DNA from: a phage
Strand: one strand, 5' to 3'
Sequence record: AB841352.1
Length of the DNA stretch: 901 bases
The first letter of the stretch is position 1. Each line of letters begins with the position of its first letter. Below the pieces are notes generated by a model that worked only from the letters and a program-made list of their open reading frames with translations, had not been told where the DNA came from and searched no databases. Shown here piece by piece: positions 1-901 of the stretch. A program made the translations under genes and the position numbers.

Positions 1-18
1 CTGCCCGCATGCAAGCAT
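1..18. other. Cloning-vector polylinker remnant: degenerate PstI-like site (1-6), intact SphI site (7-12), HindIII-like site with a 1-nt insertion (13-19)
   Basis: Window 1-16 'ctgcccgcatgcaagc' matches the pUC18/19 polylinker end CTGCAGGCATGCAAGC at 14 of 16 positions. 'gcatgc' at 7-12 is exact; 'aagcatt' at 13-19 versus AAGCTT. pUC sequence recalled from memory. Confidence 0.6.
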
Positions 19-36
19 TGTGATATTCATGNTCNT
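1..36 (-). CDS. lacZ: 5' end of lacZ-alpha reading frame (partial; continues leftwards out of the window), degraded
   Basis: Reverse complement of 1-36 is 'aNgaNcatgaatatcacaatgcttgcatgcgggcag', versus pUC19 ATGACCATGATTACGCCAAGCTTGCATGCCTGCAG. Expected start codon at 34-36 is 'aNg' on the minus strand. The M13-reverse primer site (GTCATAGCTGTTTCCTG) corresponds to about 32-48, with 'ctgtttcc' intact at 39-46. Frame is not preserved exactly (1-nt length difference), so this is a remnant. Confidence 0.4.
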
Positions 37-46
37 NACTGTTTCC

Positions 47-146
47 CGAATCTAATTGTTAGGATGACANNTTCNNTNAAGAATTACCTCCTTAAGCACA
101 TAATGTCNGANTGNAATGCCTAATGAGACACCTATNTCNNTGGGTT
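47..146 (-). promoter_or_regulatory. lac operator / lac promoter / CAP-binding site region (vector-borne), degenerate
   Basis: Collinear with pUC19 at offset 0 to +1. 'aattgtta' (54-61) matches one lac operator half-site; the other half is altered. 'aagca' (94-98) and 'gcctaatgag' (118-127) match the promoter/CAP-site segment GCCTAATGAG. The expected -10 (about 80-85) and -35 (about 104-109, 'gtcNga' versus TGTAAA) hexamers are disrupted, so a functional promoter cannot be assumed. Confidence 0.5.
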
Positions 147-149
147 NTT

Positions 150-250
150 TATGCCCTCAATGCCCCCTTTCCACTCAGCAAACATGGCCTGCCNGCAGCN
201 CAATAGAAACTTCTCACACTTGAGGAGAGGCGGTTTGCTCTTGGGCGCTT
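150..250 (-). other. Remnant of the lacI 3'-terminal fragment and lac/pBR322 junction region carried by pUC-type vectors
   Basis: 151-222 aligns without gaps to pUC19 TTGCGCTCACTGCCCGCTTTCCAGTCGGGAAACCTGTCGTGCCAGCTGCATTAATGAATCGGCC at about 70% identity. 224-260 'ggagaggcggtttgctcttgggcgcttgtccgcttcc' matches GGAGAGGCGGTTTGCGTATTGGGCGCTCTTCCGCTTCC. Confidence 0.4.
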
Positions 251-441
251 GTCCGCTTCCATTCCTTGTGACTGGAGCAAATTAAATGACTCACCTTCCC
301 TACTCGACATATGCTCACCCACCAGGTGTGCTGCCTTAATCCCTATAACCGCTTCATCAATGGTGATGAATCNCCCAAGGGTTATGTTTTTACCNNCNAC
401 ATTTATCTGAACTTGCCATTGATTTCTGGCTTGACATAAGC

Positions 442-804
442 TTACCCCCTTGAATCAGCCTTTGCTATTTCGAGGTCCGACATTNNNGCGTTTACCACTC
501 TGCTGACTTCCCAAACGTTTGATATTGCCTTGTTTCCTCTGTTTCGATCTCTGTGGTCNNTNNCTTGTTTGGNCCATTCNCCNNATACNTACNNNCNCTT
601 CAGTCTATGTGCNAAATATCNTANGCNATCACTATTAATTGCGTTATATCCNTAANAAATTGCGCCANCAACTTTCCCGACAGCACNACTGGCGCTTACT
701 TTCTTTTTNCTACTGANNATTCCTGNNTCATTATNGTGATCNAGAACCTCCATNACGCGCTCCCNAGTTACTANNTCNTGACNTCNNTNACTCNNTANTT
801 TCAC
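442..804 (-). CDS. Hypothetical 120-codon ORF from the supplied track; probably spurious (kept open by N-containing codons, overlaps the vector ori)
   Basis: The ORF begins with GTG (rc of 802-804 'cac'), not ATG, after an in-frame TAG (rc of 823-825). 35 of 120 codons contain N. At least nine of these could encode stops: rc codons at 784-786 and 619-621 (Nga, TGA possible), 652-654 and 589-591 (taN, TAA/TAG possible), plus 787-789, 793-795, 592-594, 595-597, 583-585. No recognisable RBS or protein family signature. Only the last 28 codons (rc of 445-528, ending MSDLEIAKADSRG) are nearly free of ambiguity. Confidence 0.1.
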   Translation of the reverse strand: MKXXSXXXXXXVTXERXMEVXDHXNXXGXXSXKKKVSASXAVGKVXGAIXXGYNAINSDXXXYXAHRLKXXXVXXEWXKQXXDHRDRNRGNKAISNVWEVSRVVNXXMSDLEIAKADSRG

Positions 805-833
805 CGNANTGTNTATTATGCGCTANNNATTAT

Positions 834-869
834 ACGACGTGGNNGNCTAACNACNGANACACTNNNNTA
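834..869 (+). promoter_or_regulatory. RNA I promoter region of the ColE1-type origin (-35 degraded, -10 region preserved)
   Basis: 841-863 'ggNNgNctaacNacNgaNacact' versus pUC19 GGTGGCCTAACTACGGCTACACT: 16 of 17 unambiguous bases match. The upstream TTGAAG -35 corresponds to about 834-839 'acgacg' and is only partly preserved. Confidence 0.35.
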
Positions 870-901
870 CTTTANCTCGCTCNTGCAANCTGATGCNNCN
901 G
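870..901 (+). ncRNA. 5' portion of antisense RNA I (copy-number control RNA), partial and degraded; runs off the window's 3' end
   Basis: 868-901 'tactttaNctcgctcNtgcaaNctgatgcNNcNg' is loosely collinear with the start of RNA I, ACAGTATTTGGTATCTGCGCTCTGCTGAAGCCAG, with apparent small deletions. Start position uncertain by several nt. Confidence 0.3.

Larger units (their letters stand above)
430..901 (-). other. pMB1/ColE1-type replication origin region (RNA II primer-precursor side), degraded; boundaries approximate
   Basis: Position by collinearity with pUC19, whose ori begins about 430 nt beyond the polylinker PstI site; RNA II is transcribed on the minus strand of this orientation from a promoter lying beyond the window's 3' end. 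Local support: 731-737 'ttatNgt' versus CTATCGT, 811-840 at about 55% identity at offset +5, and 841-863 near-exact. The interior (about 450-730) could not be aligned convincingly by eye. Confidence 0.4.

Noticed and set aside
151-285. 44-codon plus-strand ORF (atg at 151 to taa at 283-285)
   Set aside because: No upstream RBS, contains two N codons, and overlaps the region matching the lacI 3' remnant and lac/pBR322 junction of pUC vectors. Not supported as a gene.
274-339. RBS-like 'ggag' (274-277) followed 8 nt later by ATG (286-288) opening a 17-codon ORF ending at taa 337-339
   Set aside because: Too short, and it falls in the segment collinear with the pUC lac/pBR322 junction and pre-ori region. 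Most likely coincidental.
431-436. Perfect sigma-70 -35 consensus 'ttgaca' on the plus strand
   Set aside because: No acceptable -10 hexamer at 16-18 nt spacing (454-459 'atcagc' is poor). The hexamer lies in degraded vector-origin sequence and probably arose from base-call changes.
439-444. HindIII site 'aagctt' (and NdeI 'catatg' at 308-313) as possible engineered cloning junctions
   Set aside because: pUC19 has no such sites at the corresponding positions. They are explained by substitutions in a degraded read rather than a designed junction.
488-696. Local matches to pUC ori sequence at large offsets (for example 488-499 'gcgtttaccact' versus GCGTTTCCCCCT, 681-692 'cagcacNactgg' versus CAGCAGCCACTGG), suggesting internal deletions or rearrangement
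   Set aside because: The offsets are mutually inconsistent (+36, +99) and conflict with the strong end match at offset +5 (841-863). Short matches like these are expected by chance when many offsets are scanned by eye.
442-804. Possibility that the ORF encodes a small plasmid toxin, immunity or nuclease-like protein (basic C-terminal region rich in R, N, K)
   Set aside because: I could not match it to any family from memory, a third of its codons are ambiguous, and the locus maps to the vector replication origin. Calling it a toxin would be speculation.
1-901. CRISPR arrays, tandem repeats, tRNA or rRNA genes, transposon inverted repeats
   Set aside because: No direct or inverted repeats of meaningful length, no cloverleaf-compatible segment and no rRNA-like conserved blocks were seen. 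N content would in any case obscure short repeats.

Overview
This 901-nt window does not look like native genomic sequence. It reads as an error-laden copy of a pUC/pBR322-family cloning-vector backbone, running from the polylinker through the lac control region into the pMB1/ColE1-type replication origin. About 86 positions (roughly 9-10%, hand count) are N, and they become denser toward the 3' end. The vector comparison is against pUC19 as I recall it from memory, so mapped coordinates are approximate (about +/-5 nt) and no database search was run. Similarity is strongest at 1-260 (about 65-80% at unambiguous positions), weaker but still collinear at about 300-340 and 730-840 (about 50-60%), and strong again at 841-863. 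I could not align about 340-730 convincingly by eye, so vector origin there rests on the flanking blocks keeping a near-constant offset (0-5 nt). Because a man-made polylinker cannot have diverged this much naturally, the differences are most likely technical (poor or mixed-template read, or artificial mutation). The single ORF in the supplied track (442-804, minus) is very probably an artefact: 35 of its 120 codons contain N and several of those could be stop codons. I see no credible evidence for a novel biological system here.
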